Position numbers and translations under genes: made by a program. Under the pieces are notes generated by a model. It did no database searches, was not told the DNA's origin, and saw only the letters and a program-made list of their open reading frames with translations. Shown piece by piece: positions 29,162 through 40,370 of a stretch of 64,000 bases of DNA. Numbering within the stretch: the first letter of the stretch is position 1; every line of letters starts with the position of its first letter. The DNA is from an uncultured Fibrobacterota bacterium (lineage in GTDB: Bacteria; Fibrobacterota; Chitinivibrionia; Chitinivibrionales; FEN-1185). The stretch is taken from positions 17,096 to 81,095 of the forward strand of contig CAVSQB010000015.1 in NCBI GenBank assembly GCA_963729895.1, given 5' to 3'.

Positions 29162-30454
29162 ATGTCTTTAAAGTCAACTTTCAGGGCGTTACAATACCGG
29201 AACTACAGGCTGTTCTTTCTCGGACAAGGTACATCCTTGATAGGCACCTGGATGCAACGCGTAGCCACAAGCTGGCTGGTATATCGTCTTACCGGGTCTG
29301 CGGTCATGCTCGGAGTGGTCGGGTTTGTGAGCCAGATCCCCACTTTCATGCTGTCTCCTATTGGCGGAGTGGCAGCCGACAGGTGGAATAAGAAAACCAT
29401 TTTTCTGGTTACCCAGATTCTTGCAGCGGCGCAGGCTCTTCTCCTGGCAGTGCTTGTCATAAGAGGCGCTGTTACGGTCCAATGGATTATTGCCCTCAAT
29501 ATCGTTTTGGGAGTAATCAACGCATTTGACACCACGGCACGCCAGTCTTTTGTCGTTGAAATGATTGAGAGAAAGGAAGATCTCGGCAATGCCATCGCGT
29601 TGAATTCGTCTATGGTGAACGGGGCCCGGTTGGTGGGCCCTTCAATCACCGGAATCTTGATTGCTTCCGTCGGCGAGGGAATTTGTTTTCTCATCAACAG
29701 CATAAGTTATTTGGTTGTTATCATAGCCCTTATCGTCATGAAGATCCCGGCAAAGAAAAGGGAACCCAAGAATACGCGCATGCTGCATGACTTCAGGGAA
29801 GGATTTGCATACGTCTACAGGTCGGTTTCGATGCGCTCGATCATACTCCTGCTGGCGCTGGTGAGCCTTCTGGGAATGCCCTATCAGGTATTGATGCCCG
29901 TATTTGCAAAACAGGTGCTTGGAGGCGGCCCTCACACGCTCGGATTTCTCATGGGAGCTGCGGGTTTCGGAGCTTTGTGCGGTGCGATATATCTTGCTTC
30001 AAGAAAAAGCAGCCAGAACGTATGGAAATTGATACCTGCTTCCGCTTGCCTGTTCGGGATAGGATTGATCGCATTTTCGTTTTCAAGAGTCTTATGGCTT
30101 TCCCTGCCGCTTATGTCATGCGCGGGTTGCGGGATGATGATACAAATGGCTTCAAGCAATACCTCGCTTCAGATCTTGGTGGATGACGACAAAAGAGGAC
30201 GCGTGATGGCGTTCTATGCAATGGCCTTCATGGGAATGGCTCCTTTTGGCAGTTTGCTTGCAGGCAGCCTTGCCGGATTGATAGGGGCGCCGCATACCTT
30301 GACGATCGGGGGAATGCTGTGCATTCTCGGCGGATTGGCGTTCTACAGAAATATCGTTGTGTCCGGGGACGTCGTGAGGCCGCCTGAAGCGGCTATCACT
30401 CCGGAAATAGCCACCGGAATCGAATCTTCTGAAGAAGTTACGGAGTCGCTGTAG
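29162..30454 (+). CDS. MFS transporter (MFS_3-like)
   Basis: 12-TM pattern; RNYRLFF.GQ..S.IGTWMQ and GGVAADRW motifs. Confidence 0.92.
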   Translation: MSLKSTFRALQYRNYRLFFLGQGTSLIGTWMQRVATSWLVYRLTGSAVMLGVVGFVSQIPTFMLSPIGGVAADRWNKKTIFLVTQILAAAQALLLAVLVIRGAVTVQWIIALNIVLGVINAFDTTARQSFVVEMIERKEDLGNAIALNSSMVNGARLVGPSITGILIASVGEGICFLINSISYLVVIIALIVMKIPAKKREPKNTRMLHDFREGFAYVYRSVSMRSIILLLALVSLLGMPYQVLMPVFAKQVLGGGPHTLGFLMGAAGFGALCGAIYLASRKSSQNVWKLIPASACLFGIGLIAFSFSRVLWLSLPLMSCAGCGMMIQMASSNTSLQILVDDDKRGRVMAFYAMAFMGMAPFGSLLAGSLAGLIGAPHTLTIGGMLCILGGLAFYRNIVVSGDVVRPPEAAITPEIATGIESSEEVTESL

Positions 30455-30545
30455 TGGCTTCCATGCAGGACGCCGGAAAAAATCCCGAAAGGTTTGGTTC
30501 TGGCTGTCCCAATTACCCAAACATTGACTTATCGTAACAATCCCC

Positions 30546-33149
30546 ATGCAACCGACGCTGTACGAACAACTGCTTCTGTGCGACAAACCCGACAACAACG
30601 AATTGCTGGGCCGATTTCTGGCTTATGTGCACGACCGGCACCTTACGCTCTACCCCGCCCAGGAAACTGCGATTCTGGAATTGTATGAAGAAAGAAATGT
30701 GATCCTGAACACTCCCACCGGATCGGGAAAATCCCTTGTCGCAATGGCAGCGCATTTCAAGGCGCTTGCCCAGGGCAAACGTTCGGTATACACCTGTCCG
30801 ATAAAGGCCTTGGTCAACGAAAAATGGCTCGCACTCTGCCGGGAATTCGGGCCCGACAATGTCGGATTGTGCACCGGTGACGCATCGGTCAATCGTGACG
30901 CCCCCATCCTGTGCTGCACCGCGGAAATTCTTGCCAACATTGCTTTGCGCGATGGAGCCGGCGCAAATGTCCAGGACGTGGTCATGGATGAGTTCCACTA
31001 CTACGCGGACCGCGACCGGGGCGTGGCCTGGCAGGTGCCGCTGCTCACGCTTCCGCAGGCCAGGTTCCTCCTGATGTCGGCCACGCTGGGAGAAACGTCG
31101 TTTTTCGAAGAAGAACTCACGCGCCTCACGTCCAAGCCCACGGTGAGCGTCGTCTCGACCGACCGCCCGGTGCCGCTGGCTTACTCCTATGCCGTCACGC
31201 TGCTTTCCGCAACGGTTGAATCACTTGTAGCGGAAGGCAAGAGTCCGGTTTACGTCGTGCATTTCACCCAGCTCGAGGCGGCCCAAAACGCCCAAAATTT
31301 CACCAGTCTCAACATTTGCACGCGTGAAGAAAAGGATGCGATTGCACAGGCTGTTTCGGGTTTCAAGTTCAACAGCCCCTATGGCCCGGACATCAAACGA
31401 TGGCTCCGCCAGGGAATCGGAATCCACCATGCCGGGTTGCTGCCGAAGTACCGCGTTCTGGCCGAGCGACTGGCGCAGCAAGGGCTGCTCAAGATCATCT
31501 GCGGAACCGACACGCTCGGCGTAGGCATTAATGTTCCTATCCGCACCGTACTGCTCACACGGCTTTGCAAGTATGACGGCCGGAAGACTGCGATTCTAAG
31601 CGCACGGGACTTCCACCAGATTTGCGGCCGCGCCGGCCGCAAGGGGTTCGACGACTGCGGCTGGGTGGTGGCCCAGGCACCCGAACACACCATAGAAAAC
31701 GCGGCGCTCGAAGAAAAACGGTCGCAGGGCGGCAAGAAATTCGTCAAGCGCAAACCGCCGGAAAGAAACTTTGTTAATTGGGATGTCGGCACATTCAACC
31801 GCCTGGTTGCGGCAAAGCCGGAACAGTTAGTGTCCCGTTTCCAGGTTTCCCACGGCATGCTGCTCAACGTGCTGAGCCGTAAAAGCGACGGGTGCGCAGC
31901 CATGCGCGACCTTATTGTCCGCTGCCACGATTCCCCAAAGCAGAAGCAGGCACATGTCACCCTTGCCTGGCAGCTCTTTCGGTCGCTTGTCAACCGTTAC
32001 ATCGTCGAGTTCACCGGCCCGACGCCCGGCGGCGCAAAGGTCCGCGTCAACCTCGAGCTGCAAGACGATTTTTCCATGGACCAGACGCTGTCGCTGTACC
32101 TTCTGGAAACGCTGCCGCTTCTCGATGCGCAGGCGCCCGAATATCCGTTCCGGCTCCTTACCCTTATCGAGTCCATCCTTGAGGACCCTGACTCGATTTT
32201 GCGCAAGCAACTGGACAAACTCAAAACGCAGAAGATGGCGGAGATGAAAATGCAGGGCATTCCGTTTGATGAGCGCATCGAAGAGCTTGACAAAATCGAG
32301 TATCCCAAGCCCGACCGCGACTTCGTGTATTCGACGTTCAATGACTTTTCGGACCGTCATCCGTGGGTGGGCCAGGAAAATATCCGGCCCAAATCGATTG
32401 TGCGCGAAATGTTCGAGACCTACAGCTCGTTTGCCGATTATGTCCGTTCGTATGATCTTCACCGCATCGAAGGATTGCTTCTGCGTCACATCAACGGCGT
32501 CTACAAAGTCCTGGTGCAAACGGTCCCCGACTCGACCAAAAACGACATCATCGAGGAAATGGAGGTGTATCTCGGCACCATGATACGGCAGGTAGACTCG
32601 AGCCTTCTTGATGAATGGGAAAAGATGCACGATCCGTCGCACCTCGCCGCCGACGGCAAAGAAGTCCGGCCTTCCGGCGCCGAGGCGGCGAAACAGGACA
32701 TTACCCGGGACCCAAAAAAATTCACCTCGCTTATACGGGCCCGGGTTTTCAGCTTCATTTCCGCGCTTATCAAACGCGATTTCACGGCGGCGCTCCACGT
32801 TGCGTGTCTGCGTCAGGACACCTCCTCGTTCCCGCCGGAAGAATCTGCATCGGCAGAAGACGGCACGCCAACTTTCACCGATTCTTCCTGGAGGCCGGAA
32901 CTGCTTCAGCAGTTACTGGAAACGTATCTTACAGACCATAAGGCCCTGTGCCTCGACCCCGATGCACGGAACATCCGCCACACCTATGTGACGCCGCATC
33001 CGGAAAAAGGGGTATGGCAGGTCCAGCAGATGCTTGTCGACCCGGATAAGACAAACGACTGGGTGTTGGAATTCGAAGTGGACCTTGTCAAGTCACGGGA
33101 ATCAGGTGAGCCATGCCTTGGTTTGAGAAAATTTGGAACTCTCGTGTGA
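30546..33149 (+). CDS. Ski2-like DEAD/DEAH helicase with DUF3516 domain
   Basis: [27 protein letters not shown] and GRAGR motifs. Confidence 0.92.
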   Translation: MQPTLYEQLLLCDKPDNNELLGRFLAYVHDRHLTLYPAQETAILELYEERNVILNTPTGSGKSLVAMAAHFKALAQGKRSVYTCPIKALVNEKWLALCREFGPDNVGLCTGDASVNRDAPILCCTAEILANIALRDGAGANVQDVVMDEFHYYADRDRGVAWQVPLLTLPQARFLLMSATLGETSFFEEELTRLTSKPTVSVVSTDRPVPLAYSYAVTLLSATVESLVAEGKSPVYVVHFTQLEAAQNAQNFTSLNICTREEKDAIAQAVSGFKFNSPYGPDIKRWLRQGIGIHHAGLLPKYRVLAERLAQQGLLKIICGTDTLGVGINVPIRTVLLTRLCKYDGRKTAILSARDFHQICGRAGRKGFDDCGWVVAQAPEHTIENAALEEKRSQGGKKFVKRKPPERNFVNWDVGTFNRLVAAKPEQLVSRFQVSHGMLLNVLSRKSDGCAAMRDLIVRCHDSPKQKQAHVTLAWQLFRSLVNRYIVEFTGPTPGGAKVRVNLELQDDFSMDQTLSLYLLETLPLLDAQAPEYPFRLLTLIESILEDPDSILRKQLDKLKTQKMAEMKMQGIPFDERIEELDKIEYPKPDRDFVYSTFNDFSDRHPWVGQENIRPKSIVREMFETYSSFADYVRSYDLHRIEGLLLRHINGVYKVLVQTVPDSTKNDIIEEMEVYLGTMIRQVDSSLLDEWEKMHDPSHLAADGKEVRPSGAEAAKQDITRDPKKFTSLIRARVFSFISALIKRDFTAALHVACLRQDTSSFPPEESASAEDGTPTFTDSSWRPELLQQLLETYLTDHKALCLDPDARNIRHTYVTPHPEKGVWQVQQMLVDPDKTNDWVLEFEVDLVKSRESGEPCLGLRKFGTLV

Positions 33150-33304
33150 GGAAGAGCTTCGCGGCGGTAATTTCCAAAGGAAAACCGGTCGCCTGGTCGA
33201 CACCTTTCTGCAGTACTTCTAAGGGTTCAAGAAACGCAACCCCCAATTACTTCCTTATTCAACTGGTCCTCCTGTTTTTCAGGATATATTTTTTCCCCTT
33301 CCTT

Positions 33305-33396
33305 GGAGAGGTGCCTGAGCGGTTGAAAGGGGCGGTCTCGAAAACCGTTGCGCCCTTCAGTGGGTGCCCAGGGTTCGAATCCCTGCCTCTCCGCCA
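33305..33396 (+). tRNA. tRNA-Ser (anticodon CGA)
   Basis: GGAGAGG/CCTCTCC acceptor stem, CTCGAAA loop, long variable arm, GTTCGAATC and encoded CCA. Confidence 0.97.
33377..33396 (+). repeat. attL core (tRNA 3' end), 20-bp direct repeat
   Basis: GAATCCCTGCCTCTCCGCCA, identical to 50021-50040. Confidence 0.92.
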
Positions 33397-33404
33397 CTAT
33401 GCGG

Positions 33405-33442
33405 AAGGGGTTCCTTGCCAGATAGGCAAGGAACCCCTTTTT
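33405..33442 (+). terminator. Terminator after tRNA-Ser (island-derived)
   Basis: 15-bp stem AAGGGGTTCCTTGCC/GGCAAGGAACCCCTT plus T-tract. Confidence 0.85.
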
Positions 33443-33583
33443 GCTTGTATTTAGCCATAAATTCATAGACTTCCAAGCGAAACGACACTTCGCCTCGCTT
33501 CCCGTATTTCCTCGTCCTCCACCCTCATTTTGCGATGTTCTTGCTACAGTTTTGATACAGTAAGGTTATCTTATCTTGTAAAC

Positions 33584-34255
33584 CTAATCGCAAATCGGGA
33601 GGTCGGTATGGCATATGTCGTCAGAAGAAATAGCATCGTCGTACAATTTCCACGCATTCGGCAGCTTGGTCGCCACGGGGTGAGCGGTGGTCTGGCCCAC
33701 CCAGGCATAGGTGCCCGCAACAGAGGCATCATCGCTCCAATAATAGGTGAAACGGGTTCCGGCCCGGCAGGCATATTCCCAGAGTGCTTCGCTCGGTAGA
33801 CGGTATCCGCTCTTGGCCAAATTCATCACTAAATTCCCCAGGTTGGTACTCCCATTTCCCGGGGCACCGGTTACCGAGGTGTAGCCATACACTGTGTCCC
33901 AGCCGTCCCGTTTGCTGCGGGCATTGCAATACAGCAAGGCGTCGTACCATGTTACATTGTCAACAGGATTGAGAGTGCTGGATGTGTACACCGAGGGGTT
34001 TACGCCCATAAGCCCCTGATAATCTTCTTGAGTAACCTTGGTTGAATCGATGTACCAAGCCTTAGTGAATGTTACAGAATGAACGGGAACTTCATCGCCT
34101 TCCTGATAGGGATCTTCCGGAACGGCGCCCATTATATAATTCCCCGCCGGAATCAACTTCAGGCCGGGGAAAACCGTTGCCCCGGCAATCGGGTACGCCA
34201 CAGTGCAGAGAGCGATAATGCCAACTCCGGCGGTTCCTGCAAAGATTTTTTTCAT
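33584..34255 (-). pseudogene. FGE-sulfatase (SUMF1) domain exported protein, C-terminally truncated
   Basis: IPAGNYIMG, PVDNVTWYDA, RLPSEALWEYACRAG and PNAWKLYD, then loses the expected MxGNVxEW. Confidence 0.8.
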
Positions 34256-34402
34256 ATCCTTTTGCCTTTTTGTTAAAAGTTTGTTTTCCGTCGGTCCATT
34301 TAGATAAAGGCCCGTGCCAAGAATTCCAAGCACTCCCCTTGCGTTTCCGAGCCGAATGGGAAGAATGGCGGAGAAATCCGCCGCTCTTGTTGTTGGTACA
34401 GC

Positions 34403-35758
34403 CTATTTCGCCTGCAAGAGCACCACACCGGCGGCCGGAAGAGTCGTCCCATGTGCGAACAGCCCCGCCTCACCCGGCGCCGTGACGGAGCGGCTCGCAA
34501 TGAGCCTGCCGCGCACGTCGTATGCGTAAACGACTCTGCTGTCCTGCGGAAACTGAACCCGTGCTGCGCCCAGGCCGGGCACGCACAGCATCCGTTGCAT
34601 CGCGCGGCATTGGACAGGGGTGTCGCATCGACCGCGAAAGGAAGCAGCGGTTTCACCGGCGCCGGTCACCCGCTTGTACAATTCCTCTCCTGCAAGCAGC
34701 AGCGCGCCCTCGCCTTCGGAGCTCGAATAATAGTTGAACATAGCGTTACTCGGTTCTGTGCCCACAATCTGGCAGTACATCAGCATGCCGTTGGCGGCAA
34801 TGTTCCTCACCAGGCCGGACCATGCTTTACGCATGGGAGGCGTGAACGTTGCGGAATCGAGGATTCCGTTGTTGATGCCCCATGCCATGGCAAAACAGAA
34901 AAACGCGGTGGAGCTTGTTTCGTGTATGGGCCACTGCACCGAATCAAGCAGGCTCGTGGTCCACAGCCCGTCTCCCTGCTGAAGCGCAGTGACCGCTGTC
35001 ACCTGGTCGCGGAACTGGGTTATCATCGAGTCCCGTCCGTGGTAACCGGCAGGAGTGTACTTGAGCACGCGAGCCTGGCCGCCCAGCACCCAGGCTTCGC
35101 CGGGCCCCCAGAAAACCGGCTTCCCGTTTGCCGCAGAGTCAAGCTTGTATCCGGCGTCGCGCCAATACAGGTGAAACGCGTCGCTGTACAGCACACTCGC
35201 GTTCTCCCACCAGCATTTGTAAAGCGTATCCAGGATACGGGTCTGCCCGGTGATTGCATTCAACATGGCGATTCCGGGCGGAACCATATACAGGAGATCA
35301 CACCATCCCCAATAACCGCTTCCGGATGGCGCCATGTTTAAATAAGCTGCGGTAACTTGATTGAGCCATGGTTGGTACATGTACTTTTTCGAGGTGTCGG
35401 CGGCAAACATGTATGATTCGCAAAATGTCTGTGCGCAACACGCCTGATCCCCGCCGCTAACAGGCGTCCAGTTTGTCCACTGGCCGAAATTGACGATGCT
35501 GTCGAGGTACTGTTTGTCGTTTGTGCGGCGGTACAATGCGCAGATGCCGGTCATGTAAGCGCCCGCGTCCCAGCTGGCGGTTGAGACGAAGTAGTCGCCG
35601 AGATTTTTTATGCCGTGCGACAACCGGTATTGCGCGACCTTGCGCATGATGCTTGTAATGCTGTCCGGGCTGAATTCGTCGGCAAAGGATGGCCCGGCAA
35701 GCACGAACACCAGGAAGATGCAAATGCCGAAGACAACGGGTCGGTACGATTTCTTCAT
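34403..35758 (-). CDS. GH105/GH88-like glycoside hydrolase with C-terminal secretion-like domain
   Basis: Signal peptide; WCDLLYM, FWGPGEAW, LQQGDGLW and ETSSTA motifs. Confidence 0.85.
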   Translation of the reverse strand: MKKSYRPVVFGICIFLVFVLAGPSFADEFSPDSITSIMRKVAQYRLSHGIKNLGDYFVSTASWDAGAYMTGICALYRRTNDKQYLDSIVNFGQWTNWTPVSGGDQACCAQTFCESYMFAADTSKKYMYQPWLNQVTAAYLNMAPSGSGYWGWCDLLYMVPPGIAMLNAITGQTRILDTLYKCWWENASVLYSDAFHLYWRDAGYKLDSAANGKPVFWGPGEAWVLGGQARVLKYTPAGYHGRDSMITQFRDQVTAVTALQQGDGLWTTSLLDSVQWPIHETSSTAFFCFAMAWGINNGILDSATFTPPMRKAWSGLVRNIAANGMLMYCQIVGTEPSNAMFNYYSSSEGEGALLLAGEELYKRVTGAGETAASFRGRCDTPVQCRAMQRMLCVPGLGAARVQFPQDSRVVYAYDVRGRLIASRSVTAPGEAGLFAHGTTLPAAGVVLLQAK

Positions 35759-35896
35759 GGGTTCCCCTTGTTTTGTCGGATCGTCATTTGTGATCGCATT
35801 TATCAAACAACATAAGAATAAGCGATCGATGAGTCAAGATTGATGCCGCCGCCCGCAGTTGACGGAAAATACTATTCGAAGGGAGAGTGCTTTGCA

Positions 35897-36757
35897 TTAC
35901 TTGTCGTCTGCAACATACCGAACCCGAAATATGCCTTTGTTAAGAGAAGCTGGCGGCGTCACGAAGGAGGGGTCTGGGCCGCCATTACACGTGATTTCCC
36001 AGACTTTCTTTCCGATAATCGAGTACAATTCCACTCGCGCAACCTTGCCCGGAACGCGGAGGCGGGATGATGCCATGCCCGGACCCAGCCACAAAACGGA
36101 ACCGGCAGCGGAGGCAAAGCATCGAGCCTTTGCAGGCATCGGCATAGCCGGCGTCGGCGGATCGTATCCCCACACCTGGACTTCGGTGAACGCGCACCAT
36201 TTTGTGGTGTCGCTCGCAACGAAATCGGTAATCGTCACCGATTGCGTGGTGCGGCTTGTAAAAGGAAATTCCTGCCCGGTCCGGAGTGAATCGATGAAAA
36301 TCGTGTCTCTGCTCCCGTTTGAAAAGACGAGCGTTGCCTGTTTCCAGTAGCTGTCGTGTGAAGGGATGCCGGCCCAGTCGGCGCGCACCCAGATTTTCAC
36401 TTTGTCGACACTCACTTCGTGGCCGAAATCAACCTTCCACCACAACCCTGGAACATGCAGCTGTGGCCCCCAGGATGCATAGGTCATGGAACCGTGGCTT
36501 GCGTTGTTGGTGTCACCGTTGATGGCGTCGAGCGCAAGAAAGACGGTGTCCGGCACGCAATGATTGCCGCCCGTGGTGTCCTGGGGATAAATGCACGGAT
36601 ATTCGCTGTTCGACGATGCATGCGGAAAGCCGTATCCCTGCGCGCGCACGTCGTTGGGATTGAGAGCGATATTGCGATAGGTCTGGCCGTTTGCCTGCGC
36701 AATAAGTCCGGGAATGATGAGCAGGTAGGCGAGAGCGAGTGTTCTTGTATGGGACAT
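35897..36757 (-). CDS. Exported discoidin/F5-8-like carbohydrate-binding protein
   Basis: RNIALNP, DAING, WWKVDFG, RADW..HDSYW and TEVQVWG motifs; C-terminal domain. Confidence 0.7.
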   Translation of the reverse strand: MSHTRTLALAYLLIIPGLIAQANGQTYRNIALNPNDVRAQGYGFPHASSNSEYPCIYPQDTTGGNHCVPDTVFLALDAINGDTNNASHGSMTYASWGPQLHVPGLWWKVDFGHEVSVDKVKIWVRADWAGIPSHDSYWKQATLVFSNGSRDTIFIDSLRTGQEFPFTSRTTQSVTITDFVASDTTKWCAFTEVQVWGYDPPTPAMPMPAKARCFASAAGSVLWLGPGMASSRLRVPGKVARVELYSIIGKKVWEITCNGGPDPSFVTPPASLNKGIFRVRYVADDK

Positions 36758-37076
36758 TGTTTGTCTCCCTGGAAACGGTACCCTTGAAAAATATGGCAAT
36801 CTCCGCTGCAAGGAAAGTCTCTAATGACACAGAACTTATACGCACCAGCGGAATGTATGTCGTTTTGTATTCAGGCGAATTTCACAGACCGCAATGCGCA
36901 CTCGACGCAGGGGTTCTCGTAAAGAAAGTGGTTCTCAAAGTTACAATGACTGCAATCCGTTGAGAGCCGATTTTACGACAAGAAAAATGATCAGAGGTTT
37001 CTTCGGGTGACAGAGTGATGCCACGAAAGTATGCGCAGAAAACTCCGAACCGTCCTGAAAAAAAATCCTCCTGCAC

Positions 37077-38402
37077 CTATCTTGAAAAGGTCAAATAGCA
37101 AACGCCCGAGCCCGCAGATGCGGGAACCTGCACATCAGCCCCGCCCATAACGCTGCGACGCCACAACATCTTTCCGTTTGCAGCATACAACACTATTTCC
37201 CTCGCTCCAACCGGTACGGTTACTCGCCTCTGTTCCAGACCCGTTACCAACACGCTCCCACCAATTCGCCAATCACGCAATGATGCATTGCTGGAGGAGG
37301 AAGTTGGTTTTGGGAGGGTACCTGTGGGCAAGGAAGTTATTATGGATACGCCCAACCCTGCCAGCAAGAACGCGCCGTGCCCTTCGGGAATGGACGTCCA
37401 ATCATACACTGAGCCGGGCTGGTTGCTCCACGACTGGCCGTACTCAACCCTGCCCGTTGAGTCAACCACCTTTACAAGCGCAGACCAGCCTTTGCGAATA
37501 GTCGGCACAAACGTGGCGGAATCCAATATGCCCCACGACACGCCGAGCGACATTGCGTAAATAAAGAACGATGTGCAGCTTGATTCCGGATCCGGAAATT
37601 CGGTTGGTTCAAAAAGGCTTGTACGCCAGAAACCATCGGGTTGTTGCTTGCTGCGAATCGTGTCGCAAAAAGTCTTGAATGTTACCTGCCAGGCCGGCCG
37701 GTATTTGGAATTCTGCGGCAGATATTTTAGGGCGCGAACCATGCCTCCGAGCACCCAGGCGTTTCCAGGCCCCCAGAATTGCGGATAACCCTCGGGGGTT
37801 TTTTTGAAAGTAGGCAACGTATTCCAGTACCAAAGTTTGTAAACGGTGTCCTGAAAATCCTTTTCCGCACCGCGGAACATGACATTGAGTGAATCATAGT
37901 ACATTGGATTGCCGGTGATATACCCCATCATGGCAAAATTCGGCAAGCCCATGTACACCGCATCCTGCCAGCCGAAAAGATGATTGACGGGAGACGTGAG
38001 AATGCCGTCCAGGGCGGTTTTCGATACCTGATATTTTGCGGCATTTGCCGGAACGGAATCAACGATAAACCGTTCGCAAAAAGTTTGAATCGCGCACAAA
38101 TTGTCTCCGGTTCCGCCACCCCAGGTCCAATTCCACCGGTTCCCCCAACTGTCAATGCTGTCGAGCCATTGCCGGTCGTGCGTGGCGCAATACAAACCAG
38201 TTATCCCGGTCATAATCGTTCCGCCGTCCCAATCGTGGTTTATTCCCGCCGCCGTGCCCGCTCCATAGGTGGTAAAGGCATACCTGGCAACTTTCCGCAT
38301 TATGCTTGTGATGCTGTCCGGAGAAAATTCGTCGGAATAGCTAGTGGCAGGCAACAGCATTGCCAGAGCAAACAAAAGTGTGCATGTGATCATTCTTTTC
38401 AT
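37077..38402 (-). CDS. GH105/GH88-like glycoside hydrolase, paralog 2
   Basis: WQDAVYM, FWGPGNAW, QQPDGFW and ESSCTS motifs; N-terminus DEFSPDSITSIMRKVA shared with paralog 1. Confidence 0.85.
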   Translation of the reverse strand: MKRMITCTLLFALAMLLPATSYSDEFSPDSITSIMRKVARYAFTTYGAGTAAGINHDWDGGTIMTGITGLYCATHDRQWLDSIDSWGNRWNWTWGGGTGDNLCAIQTFCERFIVDSVPANAAKYQVSKTALDGILTSPVNHLFGWQDAVYMGLPNFAMMGYITGNPMYYDSLNVMFRGAEKDFQDTVYKLWYWNTLPTFKKTPEGYPQFWGPGNAWVLGGMVRALKYLPQNSKYRPAWQVTFKTFCDTIRSKQQPDGFWRTSLFEPTEFPDPESSCTSFFIYAMSLGVSWGILDSATFVPTIRKGWSALVKVVDSTGRVEYGQSWSNQPGSVYDWTSIPEGHGAFLLAGLGVSIITSLPTGTLPKPTSSSSNASLRDWRIGGSVLVTGLEQRRVTVPVGAREIVLYAANGKMLWRRSVMGGADVQVPASAGSGVCYLTFSR

Positions 38403-38675
38403 GTTTTCTTCCTTTCAAATCGGATCAAGACCAGAACGATCAAATGTCATTTCGACATAACCACCTATTCCCAAGCACAGCATCCGCCAAAATCTAAGTA
38501 TAAGTATAAGAAACTTGAACCATTTTTGCCTTTTGTAATGTGGAATACCACACCATCTTTGCATGACGCCGCTGTATCCACAGAGCGGGGATTTTTTGGC
38601 GGTTATCGCTAAATAGCCTGACAAATCAATAACTTACAAGACATTCCGTGATCGATTTTTTGTTGCAAAAACTGG

Positions 38676-39533
38676 CTATACCCCAATTACTTTCTCAGTC
38701 GAAATGGGAGTTTTCTCTTTGAATTGACCTCTGTATTCTTCAGGTGTTTTCCCCTTTAGTGATCCGTGTGGCCGTATCCGGTTGTAAATGTTCTTCCAAT
38801 GTTCGATTATTCTTTCTGCGTCCTCTAATGAGATGAACCAGTTTTCATTCAAGCATTGGTCCCTGAATATCGAATTGAATGATTCTACAAAAGCATTCTG
38901 GCTGGGCTTGCCGGGCTGAATGAATTCCTGCCTTACCTGGTTTCGTATTGCCCAGAGCATGAGTTCTTTGCTCCGGAATTCCGGGCCGTTATCAGTCAAC
39001 AGAGCTTCCGGCTTTCCGTACCTGGCCACTAGGTGGTCTAGAACTTGGCAGACTCCTAGTGCTGGAATAGAACGTGCTACCTTGATTGCAAGAGCCTCAC
39101 GGGTGCAGTCATCGACAACATTCAGGCATTTCAGCTTGCGCTTGTCGGAAGTACTGTCGAATATGAAATCCATTGACCAGCGACGGCTTGGCCGATCCGG
39201 CAGCGTCAACGGCATCCGTTGGCTATTGCGTTTCTGACGCCTCCTCCGCTTGCTTTTCTGAAGCGATTCTTCCTTGTAGAGCCGATGCACACGTTTGTGA
39301 TTTACTATGTACCCAAGGTTGCGGAGATACCAATAAAGCGTCGGAAAGCCCCATGAACGGAACGATGAAATGGTTTCATGCATTTTTGTTTTCAACTCGC
39401 TGTTCAAAGCCGATTCCTGCGGTCGATAGCGGTACCCTGCCGGTGTCATACCCAGAAGTCCGCATGCTTTCCGTTGACTCAGGCCTTGCCGCATTAGTGC
39501 GTCCACAGTCAGCCTACGCTGAGGACGCTTCAC
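38676..39533 (-). CDS. IS3 transposase OrfB
   Basis: WSMDF, TDNGPEF and QNAFVESFN motifs. Confidence 0.93.
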   Translation of the reverse strand: MKRPQRRLTVDALMRQGLSQRKACGLLGMTPAGYRYRPQESALNSELKTKMHETISSFRSWGFPTLYWYLRNLGYIVNHKRVHRLYKEESLQKSKRRRRQKRNSQRMPLTLPDRPSRRWSMDFIFDSTSDKRKLKCLNVVDDCTREALAIKVARSIPALGVCQVLDHLVARYGKPEALLTDNGPEFRSKELMLWAIRNQVRQEFIQPGKPSQNAFVESFNSIFRDQCLNENWFISLEDAERIIEHWKNIYNRIRPHGSLKGKTPEEYRGQFKEKTPISTEKVIGV

Positions 39534-39796
39534 TATTTTCTTTGCAGCACTTCCTTCATTGCATCGATCTGAAGTGCCTGGTCTGCAACAATCCGCTTGA
39601 GCCGGCTGTTTTCGCCCTCGATCTCCTTCATCCTTTTCAGATCAGAGAGCTCAAGTCCGCTGTATTTGCTCTTCCAACGGAAGTACGTGTTCTCTGAAAT
39701 ACCATATTGACGACAAAGATCAGCGACTTTGGCTCCGCGGTCGCCCTCTTGCAGGATCCGAAAAATCTGCTCTTCACTGTAGCGCTTGCCTTTCAT
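39533..39796 (-). CDS. IS3 transposase OrfA
   Basis: YSEEQI..LCRQYGISENTYFRWKSKY. Confidence 0.93.
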   Translation of the reverse strand: MKGKRYSEEQIFRILQEGDRGAKVADLCRQYGISENTYFRWKSKYSGLELSDLKRMKEIEGENSRLKRIVADQALQIDAMKEVLQRK

Positions 39797-40370
39797 GAGT
39801 CCTCCTAGTTAGTTTAAAATAACTCGGAAAACTCCCTTCTCAAATGAGCAAGTTTTCGGGGGTATAGCCAAAACAGCGAATGCCGAAGTCAACGGAAAAA
39901 TATTCAATTCAATAGCCTCTTCCAAAATCCGGTTTGTCAGTGAATAATATAAGCGCGCTTTACGTGCGTAAACGGAATATTGTGAAGATGCAGCCATTAT
40001 CCGTTACACACCTGTGTAACGATCAATGCAAAGTAAGCGTTTATAGAATATCGTTCAATCATAACGCATGTCAATATATAGTCAGCCGAGACAAGGGTAC
40101 ATGGGGGCCGCATCGGGAAGCTTGCTACTCTTGTTGAGCGAAAAACTACGCCGCCTTCTCATGCCGATCCTCAAGGGGTTCTTGTCGACTACAATGGGGA
40201 ACAACTTCCGAAAGAAAATGGATTTAAGGGGCGGGTGAATCCGGCATGTCAATTTTCTACCAGGAAACAGAATCTTTGCGTTCTACGGGACCTATCCAGC
40301 ATTATCGTCCCCTTCGTGACCTGGACCGCTGAGCCTTCGTTAGCACCCCGGATAAACGCCAGCAGCGGGG

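Larger units (their letters stand above)
38673..39870 (-). mobile_element. IS3-family element (IS407-like)
   Basis: IRs TGGCTATACCCC...GGGGTATAGCCA; 4-bp TSD AAAC. Confidence 0.93.

Noticed and set aside
36830..36963. SGMYVV...VKKVVLK resembling an orphan C-terminal domain remnant
   Set aside because: Too short and weak to support without a search
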